DNA of 49,745 nucleotides from a virus (Duplodnaviria; Heunggongvirae; Uroviricota; Caudoviricetes): IMG/VR virus record IMGVR_UViG_3300031857_024897, positions 1 to 49,745 of that record; one strand, 5' to 3'. Shown piece by piece: positions 15,529 to 24,530 of this stretch (position 1 is its first letter; each line of letters starts with the position of its first letter). The notes under the pieces were generated by a model. It saw only the letters and a program-made list of their open reading frames with translations, ran no database searches and was not told where the DNA came from. The position numbers and the translations under genes were made by a program.

Positions 15529-16380
15529 TTACATACCTAAAATATTTTTAATTTTTTTGCCAGATTGTCTATATAACGACTTATTATGATTTAATCTAGC
15601 ACTTAAAACAACATTAGCCAAACTGTCTGGATTAGTGTTTCCAGATGCAACTTGTTTATTAACCAATGAAGCCAAATGCTTGAATAATTTTGGCCCATTA
15701 AATACCGCGTAAACAAAATTAAATTTTAATTTATAATTGTTATTAACAATGTTAATAGATTCTGGAGATAAATATGATTTTGAATATTTGTCATAAAATG
15801 GTTGAATCATTTGTGCTGTAAGTTCAATTAATTCTGATTGTAGATTTCCTCCATAGTAATTCCATTTCCAAGTTTTTCTAGCGTTAGCACTATCTATTAA
15901 CGCCCAAAATCTTTGACCTGCGGGTGTTTTAACAAAATCACCACCTCTTAACCTATCCATACCGAACATTGTTTCACCAGACTTTCCGTATCTACCATCT
16001 CTAACTCTACCGTCTCTTAACATATCAGGATGATAGTAACCGCCTTCTAAATTTTGCACAATAGTTTTAACTATTTCACTTATGCTAGTAGACTGAGCTC
16101 CACCAGTAATACCTGCTTGAGGGTTAGTTATCGCATTTGATGGTGGAATGTTTTGAGCATTTTTATTGAATACATTTGATTCAATACTTTTCTTTGCTCT
16201 GCCTCTAGCTAAAACCCAGTCATTGGTTCCTTTACGTTTTGCATAATATTGTCCATTTTCTTCTTTATAATCCCAATATTCGTCATAGTTGTCAACTATG
16301 TTAGTTGCCTCATGTAAATAATGATTTTTTGTTGCATTGATATGCATTTCTAATATTCTTTTTTTTTCAGAATCTTTCAT
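15529..16380 (-). CDS. GH108/lysozyme-like putative peptidoglycan hydrolase, paralogue 1
   Basis: LEGGYYHP..SGETMFGMDR resembles the GH108 EGGY...GET.xGI motif. Confidence 0.55.
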   Translation of the reverse strand: MKDSEKKRILEMHINATKNHYLHEATNIVDNYDEYWDYKEENGQYYAKRKGTNDWVLARGRAKKSIESNVFNKNAQNIPPSNAITNPQAGITGGAQSTSISEIVKTIVQNLEGGYYHPDMLRDGRVRDGRYGKSGETMFGMDRLRGGDFVKTPAGQRFWALIDSANARKTWKWNYYGGNLQSELIELTAQMIQPFYDKYSKSYLSPESINIVNNNYKLKFNFVYAVFNGPKLFKHLASLVNKQVASGNTNPDSLANVVLSARLNHNKSLYRQSGKKIKNILGM

Positions 16381-16406
16381 ATTATATTATATTTTTTTTA
16401 AAAAAT

Positions 16407-17372
16407 CTATTGTAATTTAAATGCTGCGTAAGCTACTGTAGGAACGGTATCCAAAACACCGCTTTTAATTATACTAAGTATTTTTTCCCCTGTTTGCTTA
16501 ATCAAACTATTCCTATAATTTACTCTATATGAGTTTAAAGCACTTAAACATTGATTAACATTTCCTCCACTACTAATTGTTCTATTTACAATATTTGCCA
16601 TCTCATTAAAATATTTTCGGCCATTATAGGCAGCATAAATGAAATGTAATAATAGATTAGCCTCGCAGGTAACAAGATTTTTAGCTTGTTGTGTTAAATA
16701 TTGTTGGCCATACAACTCTACTCTATTACGTATAAGTTGAGTTGCAGATTCTTTCAAAACCTTAAGTAATTGTGGGTCGTCTTCTAATCCATAATTCCAT
16801 TTTTTCCAATATTTTTTATTACCCATATTTTTCTTTTTTTCTTTATCCTTATCAATTAAATTCCAGAATTTTTGAAATTCTTCTGGTGATTCATCTCCCC
16901 AATTTTTTCTATCTATACCTAAAAAAGTTTCACCTGAATCACCATACCTATTATCACCTATAAATGAATAAACGCCATTTGTATTTCTAATCATATTTGG
17001 ATGATAATAGTTACCTTCTAACTGAGCAATAATTTTATTTATCAAAAACCAAACACTAGGGAATCCTCTACCATTACATGCTTGTTGTTTAACTTGTTCT
17101 ACATCAGTTTTATTCCTACCAACGTTTAAAGTGCTAGGATCACCTCTAAACCAATCTACAGGAGTTCCTTGGGCATTTATTTTTAAGGCGTAATCTTTTT
17201 GTGTTACCGTGTCTTTTACGACAACAACATTAGGCTGATTAGTGACTCTAATTGAATTTGGATAATATATTATATTTCCAAATTGCACACCTTGATTGTA
17301 ATTATCTTGTTCTAAAATTATGTCATTCAATACACTAAAATATTGTTTTTGTGTTATTATATATTTTTTCAT
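16407..17372 (-). CDS. GH108/lysozyme-like putative peptidoglycan hydrolase, paralogue 2 (start revised to ATG 17372)
   Basis: LEGNYYHP..RYGDSGETFLGIDR; F.YA..NG..F..A..VN shared with paralogue 1. Confidence 0.55.
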   Translation of the reverse strand: MKKYIITQKQYFSVLNDIILEQDNYNQGVQFGNIIYYPNSIRVTNQPNVVVVKDTVTQKDYALKINAQGTPVDWFRGDPSTLNVGRNKTDVEQVKQQACNGRGFPSVWFLINKIIAQLEGNYYHPNMIRNTNGVYSFIGDNRYGDSGETFLGIDRKNWGDESPEEFQKFWNLIDKDKEKKKNMGNKKYWKKWNYGLEDDPQLLKVLKESATQLIRNRVELYGQQYLTQQAKNLVTCEANLLLHFIYAAYNGRKYFNEMANIVNRTISSGGNVNQCLSALNSYRVNYRNSLIKQTGEKILSIIKSGVLDTVPTVAYAAFKLQ

Positions 17373-17443
17373 GTTACATTGTTTTTTACAATAAATATAT
17401 AAAATTATCACATTAGTATTATATTTATAATAAAAAAATAAGT

Positions 17444-18064
17444 ATGGATTTATCAATAATTACGAAAGTTCTAAAAGAATATACTTCAAATCCGATAGAA
17501 GTATTAATTGACGTAGAAATGTCTGAAAATATGAGATATCATATTGAAAATAAAATTCCTTTATCCGAAAATGTTTTCAGAATATACTCTGAAGCTTATT
17601 TTGAATTACTAAATGAAGCTAGAGATTTGAATACTTTTGGTGCAATAAAATTTAACAACGAAGATGATCAATGGTTATTAGAGTCCGACCTAGGTAAAAA
17701 AATTTTACTTGAAAACGGAGATGAAGTGTATCTAGATGCCCCAATATACGAAGATGATCTTCCGGAGTTAGTTTCTGAAGCTACGCATAGAGGTAAAAAT
17801 GTAAGATTAAACAGCCCATTCAGAACTCCAGGTGGGCCTAAGAAGTTTGCTGTTTACGTTAAAACACCTAAAGGAACAATTAAAAAAGTAACGTTCGGCG
17901 ATCCTAACCTAAAAATAAAAAACGCTAGCAAAAGTAGAGCAAAATCTTTCAGAGCTAGGCATAAATGCGACCAGAAAAAAGACAAAACAACAGCCGGATA
18001 CTGGAGTTGTAATGTTGGTAGGTACGCTAAAAAATTAGGACTTAAATCATCAAGAAGTTGGTAA
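17444..18064 (+). CDS. DUF6321-like conserved phage protein
   Basis: KKFAVYVK..KKVTFGDP...KSFRARHKCD.KKDKTTAGYWSC. Confidence 0.65.
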   Translation: MDLSIITKVLKEYTSNPIEVLIDVEMSENMRYHIENKIPLSENVFRIYSEAYFELLNEARDLNTFGAIKFNNEDDQWLLESDLGKKILLENGDEVYLDAPIYEDDLPELVSEATHRGKNVRLNSPFRTPGGPKKFAVYVKTPKGTIKKVTFGDPNLKIKNASKSRAKSFRARHKCDQKKDKTTAGYWSCNVGRYAKKLGLKSSRSW

Positions 18065-18065
18065 T

Positions 18066-18341
18066 ATGGCAGAAGAATTTTTACCTTTTACCGAAGTAGA
18101 TAACGGTAATTTTAAGTTAAGAACGTTTTTAGAAAACGTTGACGATGCCGAACTAAAATGGCATCAGGATCTTGAAGATAGATTGGTATCCCCACTGCAC
18201 GAAACTGATTGGATGGTCCAATTAGATAACGAATTTCCAAGAAAACTTGTAATTGGAGAAGAGATACTCATTCCTAAATATGTATGGCACAGATTAATTA
18301 AAGGATCTGGCGATTTAGAAGTAAAAATTGTGTTTAAATGA
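18066..18341 (+). CDS. Conserved cupin-like phage protein
   Basis: LKWHQD.EDR...W..QLDNE.P...IPK..WHRLIKG.GDL. Confidence 0.6.
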   Translation: MAEEFLPFTEVDNGNFKLRTFLENVDDAELKWHQDLEDRLVSPLHETDWMVQLDNEFPRKLVIGEEILIPKYVWHRLIKGSGDLEVKIVFK

Positions 18342-18417
18342 AAAGATTCCAAGGAATCTTTTCATTTATTTGCACACAATAATATAATAATCTTACTTTA
18401 ATGTTTTTCATTTTTTT

Positions 18418-19431
18418 TTATTCAAAACGGACATGAACATATTCTCCAGATGGGCCATCAGCTTTTAAAACATATGGGGCACTTGTTAATTCTGGAATGT
18501 GTTTCTTTAGATGTGAATATGTATTAAAAGATTTTGCTTTTGTCAACTGTAAATTACCGGTATTATCATCATTATTACCGTTAACTACTGTATCAAAATC
18601 TTTAACATCAATCCATTTAGACTTATTTGTATCATTATCAACATGTCCTGCCGGAACTTTTGATGTAGAAGCAATTACAGTTACTTTATTTATCTTACCT
18701 CCTTTCTTAATAAATTCTTTTATCATTTCAACAAATGAGGCTTTGTCTATATTTTTTGGTATGGCTGAATTTTCTTCAAAGAAGTCACCAATGTTAAATG
18801 TTTTTGGTAGCCTTAACATATTTTGATTGATACCAAAGTCTTTTAAATTGAGTTCTTCACCATATGTTGAAAGATCTAACCTTATACCAAACTCTTTTCC
18901 TTTCTTAAATGCTGATTGCTGGAAGTATATTTTATTTCCAGGAATTGGGTCTATTAATGTTGTTGGTCCTTCAATACTTTCAGGATATTCTGAGCTTATA
19001 ATAAAGCCACCCAATGATGGTGCCCTATATTTTCTAGAATAGAATATAATTGGATTTAAAGTACCAATATTCGCAATTTCTTGATTGTTTGCTTGCAAAT
19101 ATTTACCATATTTTATGGCATTTTTCATTTTTTCATCAAAATCAAGATTTTTTAATTCGATACCTTTAATATTCTCGTCATCATATTCTTGAGTTCTTGA
19201 TGTCCAGATTGCTGAAATTTCATTTGTAGATGGAAATTCAACACTCATATTGGGGCTTAATTCTCCCGTTGATTTATCTGCTAAGTACATTCTATCGTCA
19301 TCAACATAAAAATACAATCCTCTTAATATATAATATCGTCCAGGATGGTTAGATTCGTCATGAGTCTCAACGATTACGTTGTTAACTATAGATTTTAAGT
19401 ATTTTTCAAATAATAAAAGGTCTTTTTTCAT
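18418..19431 (-). CDS. Hypothetical protein
   Basis: 337-aa ORF, leader ending VIVE, TATTTATA upstream. Confidence 0.75.
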   Translation of the reverse strand: MKKDLLLFEKYLKSIVNNVIVETHDESNHPGRYYILRGLYFYVDDDRMYLADKSTGELSPNMSVEFPSTNEISAIWTSRTQEYDDENIKGIELKNLDFDEKMKNAIKYGKYLQANNQEIANIGTLNPIIFYSRKYRAPSLGGFIISSEYPESIEGPTTLIDPIPGNKIYFQQSAFKKGKEFGIRLDLSTYGEELNLKDFGINQNMLRLPKTFNIGDFFEENSAIPKNIDKASFVEMIKEFIKKGGKINKVTVIASTSKVPAGHVDNDTNKSKWIDVKDFDTVVNGNNDDNTGNLQLTKAKSFNTYSHLKKHIPELTSAPYVLKADGPSGEYVHVRFE

Positions 19432-19523
19432 ACTAAACTAGTTATTTATAAATACACAATAATTTAAAATTGTTTGAATTTTTAGTTCAAATAAAATATT
19501 TATATAATAAATATTAAGAACTT

Positions 19524-20120
19524 ATGGTATATAGTGTAGAAAAAATAAAAAAAGCTATTTTAGATAAAAAATATGCTTGGTTTGATGGCCCTAGAGAGTA
19601 TAATATAAATATAATCGGTATAAGAAACTCTTCTACAGGTAAACGAGTAACTAACGTATTCGATGACTTATTAACAGTGTCTTTTGTTGCCGAAGGTAAA
19701 TGGCAATATTTTGAATGGCCAATAACTACAGATCCAGGCCGGAAAGCGGTTGTCGCATTCAAAGCTAGGAATGGTGTTGCTAGATTGGTTCCTGGACAAT
19801 ATCTAAGATCTCACAGTATCAGAAAGCATAGAAACGAATATGAAGCTTTATGCCAAGATAGCCCTTTAAAAGTTTTTAGAGATAGTAATAAAGACATGAC
19901 TTTTGATGAGAAGATAATACAAGAAGGTGTATTTGGAATCAATATTCACAGGTCAAATCCAAGAACAGAGTCTTTATTAGTTGAAAATTGGAGTGAAGGC
20001 TGCCAGGTCTTTAGACGTAGAAAAGATTTTGATGATTTTATGAATATTTGTAGGAAATCCAGAGATTTATACGGCAACAAATTTACATACACATTGATAG
20101 AGAGCTCTGATATAAAATAA
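19524..20120 (+). CDS. L,D-transpeptidase-like (YkuD-fold) putative cell-wall enzyme
   Basis: GINIH-X14-SEGC resembles the HX14-17(S/T)HGC motif; TTDPG and L.PGQY motifs. Confidence 0.6.
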   Translation: MVYSVEKIKKAILDKKYAWFDGPREYNINIIGIRNSSTGKRVTNVFDDLLTVSFVAEGKWQYFEWPITTDPGRKAVVAFKARNGVARLVPGQYLRSHSIRKHRNEYEALCQDSPLKVFRDSNKDMTFDEKIIQEGVFGINIHRSNPRTESLLVENWSEGCQVFRRRKDFDDFMNICRKSRDLYGNKFTYTLIESSDIK

Positions 20121-20153
20121 AAAAAACCCCCACGATAACATGGGGGTTTTTTT
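20119..20153. terminator. Bidirectional terminator
   Basis: AAAAAAACCCCCA-CGATAACA-TGGGGGTTTTTTT. Confidence 0.85.
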
Positions 20154-22036
20154 TATTTACTTTTTTTACGGTTAAAAAATTTAGAATTATTAACCTCATC
20201 ATATCTTTCAAAAATCTCGTTCGGCAAACTAAGACTTGGATTCATTGATAGATTAATAGAAACAAGTCTAGGAAGACGAAAAATACAGCTTGGAATCGTC
20301 GTAAGCCTTTTATTATCTCTTATAAAGAGGCCTGTAAGGTTTTCTAGTTTACAAATTTCTTCCGGGATTTTAATTACCCCACCAGACAAAGATAGCGTGT
20401 TAATATTAACAAATTTACCAATAGATCTTGGTATTTCAACATTTAATGTTACATCATCAATACCAGAATTTTTTGTTGATATATTTATCGTGCTATATTT
20501 TTCTGGTTCGTTGACCTTATTAAATAGATCATCTAGGCCATAAAGCGCGGCATATTTTGAGTCAGTTGTTTCTGGGTATTGAATATCTAGCATTCGTCTA
20601 CTATCGGCAGCCTGAGGCATATTTATTTCAGCTTCAAAATCGGATTTTCTCTCTTTCTTGATTTTATTCATACGACCTGTGTTACTGTTTAACAAAACAA
20701 TATCGTCGTGAGACAATTCAGATAATTTTAATTGTGAAATTCTAACGATACTTTTTGTTATTATATACTCAAGAGTATCCTGTTTAGTATTTTCTAATTT
20801 ACTGTAGTTTAGACTATAACCTAAAGCTACATATTTTTTCTGCATTTCAGATGATAAGTTTTTATATTGTTCATCTGAAATTTTTTCAGAAGTCAATTCT
20901 AGCCATAAAGCGACTTTAACATCATCGTTATTAAAGAATGCTGTTGGATTATTTCCTACCTCAATTTTTTTCATTTCCGCATATAAAGCTTGTTCGCTTT
21001 TTGTTAGCGGAATAGGCTTGAATATATATTTAAGATCTTCTAAAAATTTACATTTTCTCGTTATTGTATCCCAAGCTACTACGGTTATTCCAGCGTAGTC
21101 ACCTGAGTTAGTTTTGTCAGCAAGCCTCATATTACCTTGAGGATCAACAAGCACTACTAATGTATAATTAATGTCATTATAATCTAATGTGTGATTTACA
21201 ACGTGGTATATTGTCAGATTTTTATCAAATCTGTAATTATAGAACAAATTACCACCACCTTTACGGCTAGTACACCAACTTCGACCAAATCCTAAAGCAA
21301 TAGCAACAGGTTTTTCATCTGCCAGATATATTGTTATATTTTTATCATTATATACAATATTTTTATTAATGTCTTGGAAAGCATCAATTTGTTGGATTTC
21401 CTCTTTATCATTAGCGTCAACAAGAGCTTCAAAATCAGCGAATGACATAGTATCAACTCTAGGAGTATTTATATCATATTGTGAGTTTTCATTTATGTAT
21501 TTATTTACATAGTACAGAATTTGTGTTTTTGTAATACCCTCTTTTTTGAAATTATCAATAAGCTTTTTCTTAATCAATTCATTATAATTATAATTCGATC
21601 TTCTGTAAAGATTATATTCTAATGTAGAAAAATCATCATAATCAAAGATGTTTTGTTCACTTTTAGGTAGCATATCTTCTATTTCAAAGAAATTTCTAAT
21701 ACCACGAATAAGCATTTCATTTTGTGCTTTAGATCCCATCTTTCTAAAGTGGGTTATAGCATTTTTAAGACTTTTCTTTTGAGACATACTTTTTTCTTGG
21801 CTTGCGACCAAGTTTTTAAGGTCACTAAAAGTATACCTTGTAATATCTTTTTTATCAACAGGCAATGCTTGTTTAATACGCTCAAACGCTTTAATAAGTT
21901 CAATCGCTTCAGCATCATTAATATTAGGATCCTCCTTTTTAAATTTAGCGAGTATGTTCTTAATGTTAGCCTCAGATGCTTCAATAAGCATCATTTTTTT
22001 TATTTTTTTAATTTCATTTAAAACTTGAGTATTCAT
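20153..22036 (-). CDS. PcfJ-like domain plus C-terminal LRR protein, paralogue 1 (start revised to ATG 22036)
   Basis: SWCTSRKGGGNLFYNYR..IYHVVN core; LRRs IPRSIGKFVNINTLSL, IPEEICKLENLTGLFIRDN, IPSCIFRLPRLVSINLSMN. Confidence 0.65.
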   Translation of the reverse strand: MNTQVLNEIKKIKKMMLIEASEANIKNILAKFKKEDPNINDAEAIELIKAFERIKQALPVDKKDITRYTFSDLKNLVASQEKSMSQKKSLKNAITHFRKMGSKAQNEMLIRGIRNFFEIEDMLPKSEQNIFDYDDFSTLEYNLYRRSNYNYNELIKKKLIDNFKKEGITKTQILYYVNKYINENSQYDINTPRVDTMSFADFEALVDANDKEEIQQIDAFQDINKNIVYNDKNITIYLADEKPVAIALGFGRSWCTSRKGGGNLFYNYRFDKNLTIYHVVNHTLDYNDINYTLVVLVDPQGNMRLADKTNSGDYAGITVVAWDTITRKCKFLEDLKYIFKPIPLTKSEQALYAEMKKIEVGNNPTAFFNNDDVKVALWLELTSEKISDEQYKNLSSEMQKKYVALGYSLNYSKLENTKQDTLEYIITKSIVRISQLKLSELSHDDIVLLNSNTGRMNKIKKERKSDFEAEINMPQAADSRRMLDIQYPETTDSKYAALYGLDDLFNKVNEPEKYSTINISTKNSGIDDVTLNVEIPRSIGKFVNINTLSLSGGVIKIPEEICKLENLTGLFIRDNKRLTTIPSCIFRLPRLVSINLSMNPSLSLPNEIFERYDEVNNSKFFNRKKSK

Positions 22037-22122
22037 ACAGAATATTTTTTTGCAAATATAGGTTAAAAAACTAATTATTTTTTTGTGAAAAGTGCCAAAT
22101 AACAGCACTTTTCACAAATATT

Positions 22123-22263
22123 TTAATTTTTAACTGTTAATGGTTTTATTTCTGAACTTTCTTGTAAAAAAGATTTAGCCCAGTCATCAAACTGATCCCA
22201 ATCATTGACTAATGATTGGCTTTTGTCTAAATGAATTTCATCCCATTCGAGATTATCAGTCAT
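22123..22263 (-). CDS. Small acidic Trp-rich protein (46 aa)
   Basis: ATG overlaps the stop of 22256..24121; MTDNLEWDEIHLDKSQSLVNDWDQFDDW. Confidence 0.45.
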   Translation of the reverse strand: MTDNLEWDEIHLDKSQSLVNDWDQFDDWAKSFLQESSEIKPLTVKN

Positions 22264-24121
22264 CCAGTCCTGTTCGTATATATAATTTTGTTCCATCTTC
22301 TGATCCACTTTCAATTAATTCATAAACATCTAAAAATCCACTTGGAAGTTCTCCAGTATAGTTTCTAAGAACAATAACTTCTAATGTTTTAGAAGTAACT
22401 AATGATCTTGGTAGTGATTTTAATTTGGTATTGTTTTGCAATGACAACATCATTAGACTAGGTAGATTGCCAATCTCTTCAGGTAACTCAGATATGAAAT
22501 TAACAATGTATATATCTCTAACCTGTTTAAACCTAATAATTGATTCCGGAATTTCCACTGAAACTTCTGAGGTTGAAGTGTTTTCCAATTGAATTTCACT
22601 AACATTCTCAGGTATTAGTTCAAATATTTCATCTAACCCATATAATGCAGCATATTTACTTGCGATAGAATTGGGGTAATTTATTTCTGCGGCATCATCT
22701 TTAAATGTTGAGGATAAATCTGAAGAAAATTTTGACTTTAGATTTATTCTTAATTTTCTAGCGTTAGGATCGTTACTTGTCAATAGAGCAATATCTTCAG
22801 TGGATAGTCTATCCAGTGGGATATTTTTCATACTTTCAAGTTTTTTGTTAACATAATAAGCCAAAACAGAGGGCGGAGAAGTTTGAATCATAACAGAATT
22901 TAAACTATAGCCCAAACTAATATATGTTTTTTGGCTCTCTTCTGGCAAATTAGCATATTGTTCATTTTCAATACTTGAGCTTCGTAATTCTAACCAAGTG
23001 TTAATTTTATCAATGTCTCCATCAAAATAATCAGTAGGGTTAGGACCAGGGTTTGTGCTCATGTATTTGCTAACAAAATTAGCTTCCTCATCAGTCAAAG
23101 GTTCAGGCTTGAATAATTTCTTATACGGGTCAAGAAGAGGGTTTTTCTCTACTATGGTAGACCAAGGAACAATTGTCGAACCGGCAAAAGTACCTGAGTT
23201 TGTCATGTCGGCAAGATTATACCTACCATCACGCTCAACTAGGATTACTAACCCATAATTAACGTTTGTTCTTGGTATTGTTTTGTTTATAACAAAATAA
23301 ATAGTAAGTCTCTTACTTAGTCTATAGTTATAAAACAAGTTACCACCACCTTGTCTACTAATACACCAGCTAGCTAAAAATCCAAAAGGAACAGCATCTT
23401 TTTTAGAGCCAGCATGATAAATTTGCAATTCGTCAGTATCGACTAATAATTCTGCGGTTGTGTTGATTTCACCTGATGAAACAACATTTTCGTCCGGGAT
23501 AGCTCCATCAATAAAATGCTCAAAATCTTCAAAAGACATTCTATCAACAGGGGGTGCATCCGGAGGAATAACATGCATACCTCTAAAATACTTTGAAAGG
23601 TAGAATTCAACCTGATCTTTATCAACACCTTCTTTTTCGAACTTTTCCTTTAATTTTTTAGTCAACAATGTTTTATAATTAGGCCTTTGTTCATTGGCCT
23701 CGCCATATAGCAAGTCTTTCAAAACATCAAACTTAAATGTTTTAATATCTTGATATTTTTTAGGTAATGCTGATTGTATTTCATAAAAGTTTTTGATCGC
23801 TCTTTTCAATCTTACCCTTTCGATACTTTTTTCCGTTTTCTTAAAATAATCAAACGCATCCGTGAACAATTTTTTTGTTCTTAGATTATCGATAAGCGAT
23901 TTTAGCTCAGGAAATGAATATCTAGCGATATCTCGACCATCAACAGGCAAAGAAGCTTTAAACCTCTCAAAATCGTCAATATATTGGACGATTTCTGCAT
24001 CTGTTAGCCTCGGATCTGTTTTTTTATATTTGGCAGTGAGTTGTTTAATGACTTTATCACTAACCTCGAACAACATCAAACTTTTTAGTCTGGAAATTTC
24101 TTCTTTTAGATTACTTCTCAT
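22256..24121 (-). CDS. PcfJ-like domain plus C-terminal LRR protein, paralogue 2
   Basis: SWCISRQGGGNLFYNYR..IYFVIN; ASKYAALYGLD shared with paralogue 1; LPEEIGNLPSLMMLSLQNN. Confidence 0.65.
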   Translation of the reverse strand: MRSNLKEEISRLKSLMLFEVSDKVIKQLTAKYKKTDPRLTDAEIVQYIDDFERFKASLPVDGRDIARYSFPELKSLIDNLRTKKLFTDAFDYFKKTEKSIERVRLKRAIKNFYEIQSALPKKYQDIKTFKFDVLKDLLYGEANEQRPNYKTLLTKKLKEKFEKEGVDKDQVEFYLSKYFRGMHVIPPDAPPVDRMSFEDFEHFIDGAIPDENVVSSGEINTTAELLVDTDELQIYHAGSKKDAVPFGFLASWCISRQGGGNLFYNYRLSKRLTIYFVINKTIPRTNVNYGLVILVERDGRYNLADMTNSGTFAGSTIVPWSTIVEKNPLLDPYKKLFKPEPLTDEEANFVSKYMSTNPGPNPTDYFDGDIDKINTWLELRSSSIENEQYANLPEESQKTYISLGYSLNSVMIQTSPPSVLAYYVNKKLESMKNIPLDRLSTEDIALLTSNDPNARKLRINLKSKFSSDLSSTFKDDAAEINYPNSIASKYAALYGLDEIFELIPENVSEIQLENTSTSEVSVEIPESIIRFKQVRDIYIVNFISELPEEIGNLPSLMMLSLQNNTKLKSLPRSLVTSKTLEVIVLRNYTGELPSGFLDVYELIESGSEDGTKLYIRTGLDD

Positions 24122-24228
24122 AGTTTTAGATGAAAATATTATTATGATAAATATTAACTAATTCAAAAAATAACACACAACAAATAAATAATGTTGTGTG
24201 TTATTTTAATAAAAATAAACAAAAGACC

Positions 24229-24429
24229 TCAGACTTTCAAATACGAGCTTATATACGCCCTAAATTTATTTGAATGTTGTTTGTCTGGGACAATAAACCA
24301 ATTCGGCTTTTCGTATGTACTAACTTGGCCGTTATATGAAATTTTTAAAGAAGAGCTGGTGTTTTCAACCAAAAGGCCCATTTTACGATTACCGGATTTG
24401 TCTGCAATTTCAACGAAGTATTGTTCCAT
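24229..24429 (-). CDS. Small early hypothetical protein
   Basis: 66 aa, with its own TTG-N19-TATCTTTG promoter. Confidence 0.6.
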   Translation of the reverse strand: MEQYFVEIADKSGNRKMGLLVENTSSSLKISYNGQVSTYEKPNWFIVPDKQHSNKFRAYISSYLKV

Positions 24430-24456
24430 TTTTTTTATGTTTTATTAATTGTGGGG

Positions 24457-24486
24457 CAAAGATACTGGCATTTTTTTAATTTGCAA
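24457..24486 (-). promoter_or_regulatory. Bacteroidota-type promoter TTG-N19-TATCTTTG
   Basis: Exact consensus spacing. Confidence 0.72.
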
Positions 24487-24530
24487 CACTTTTTTGAAAA
24501 AAAAAATATTTATAGTTTATAAATGAAAAT

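Noticed and set aside
22264-22314. N-terminal extension of ORF 22123..22314
   Set aside because: It overlaps 59 bp of the upstream gene; the ATG at 22263 gives a typical short overlap.
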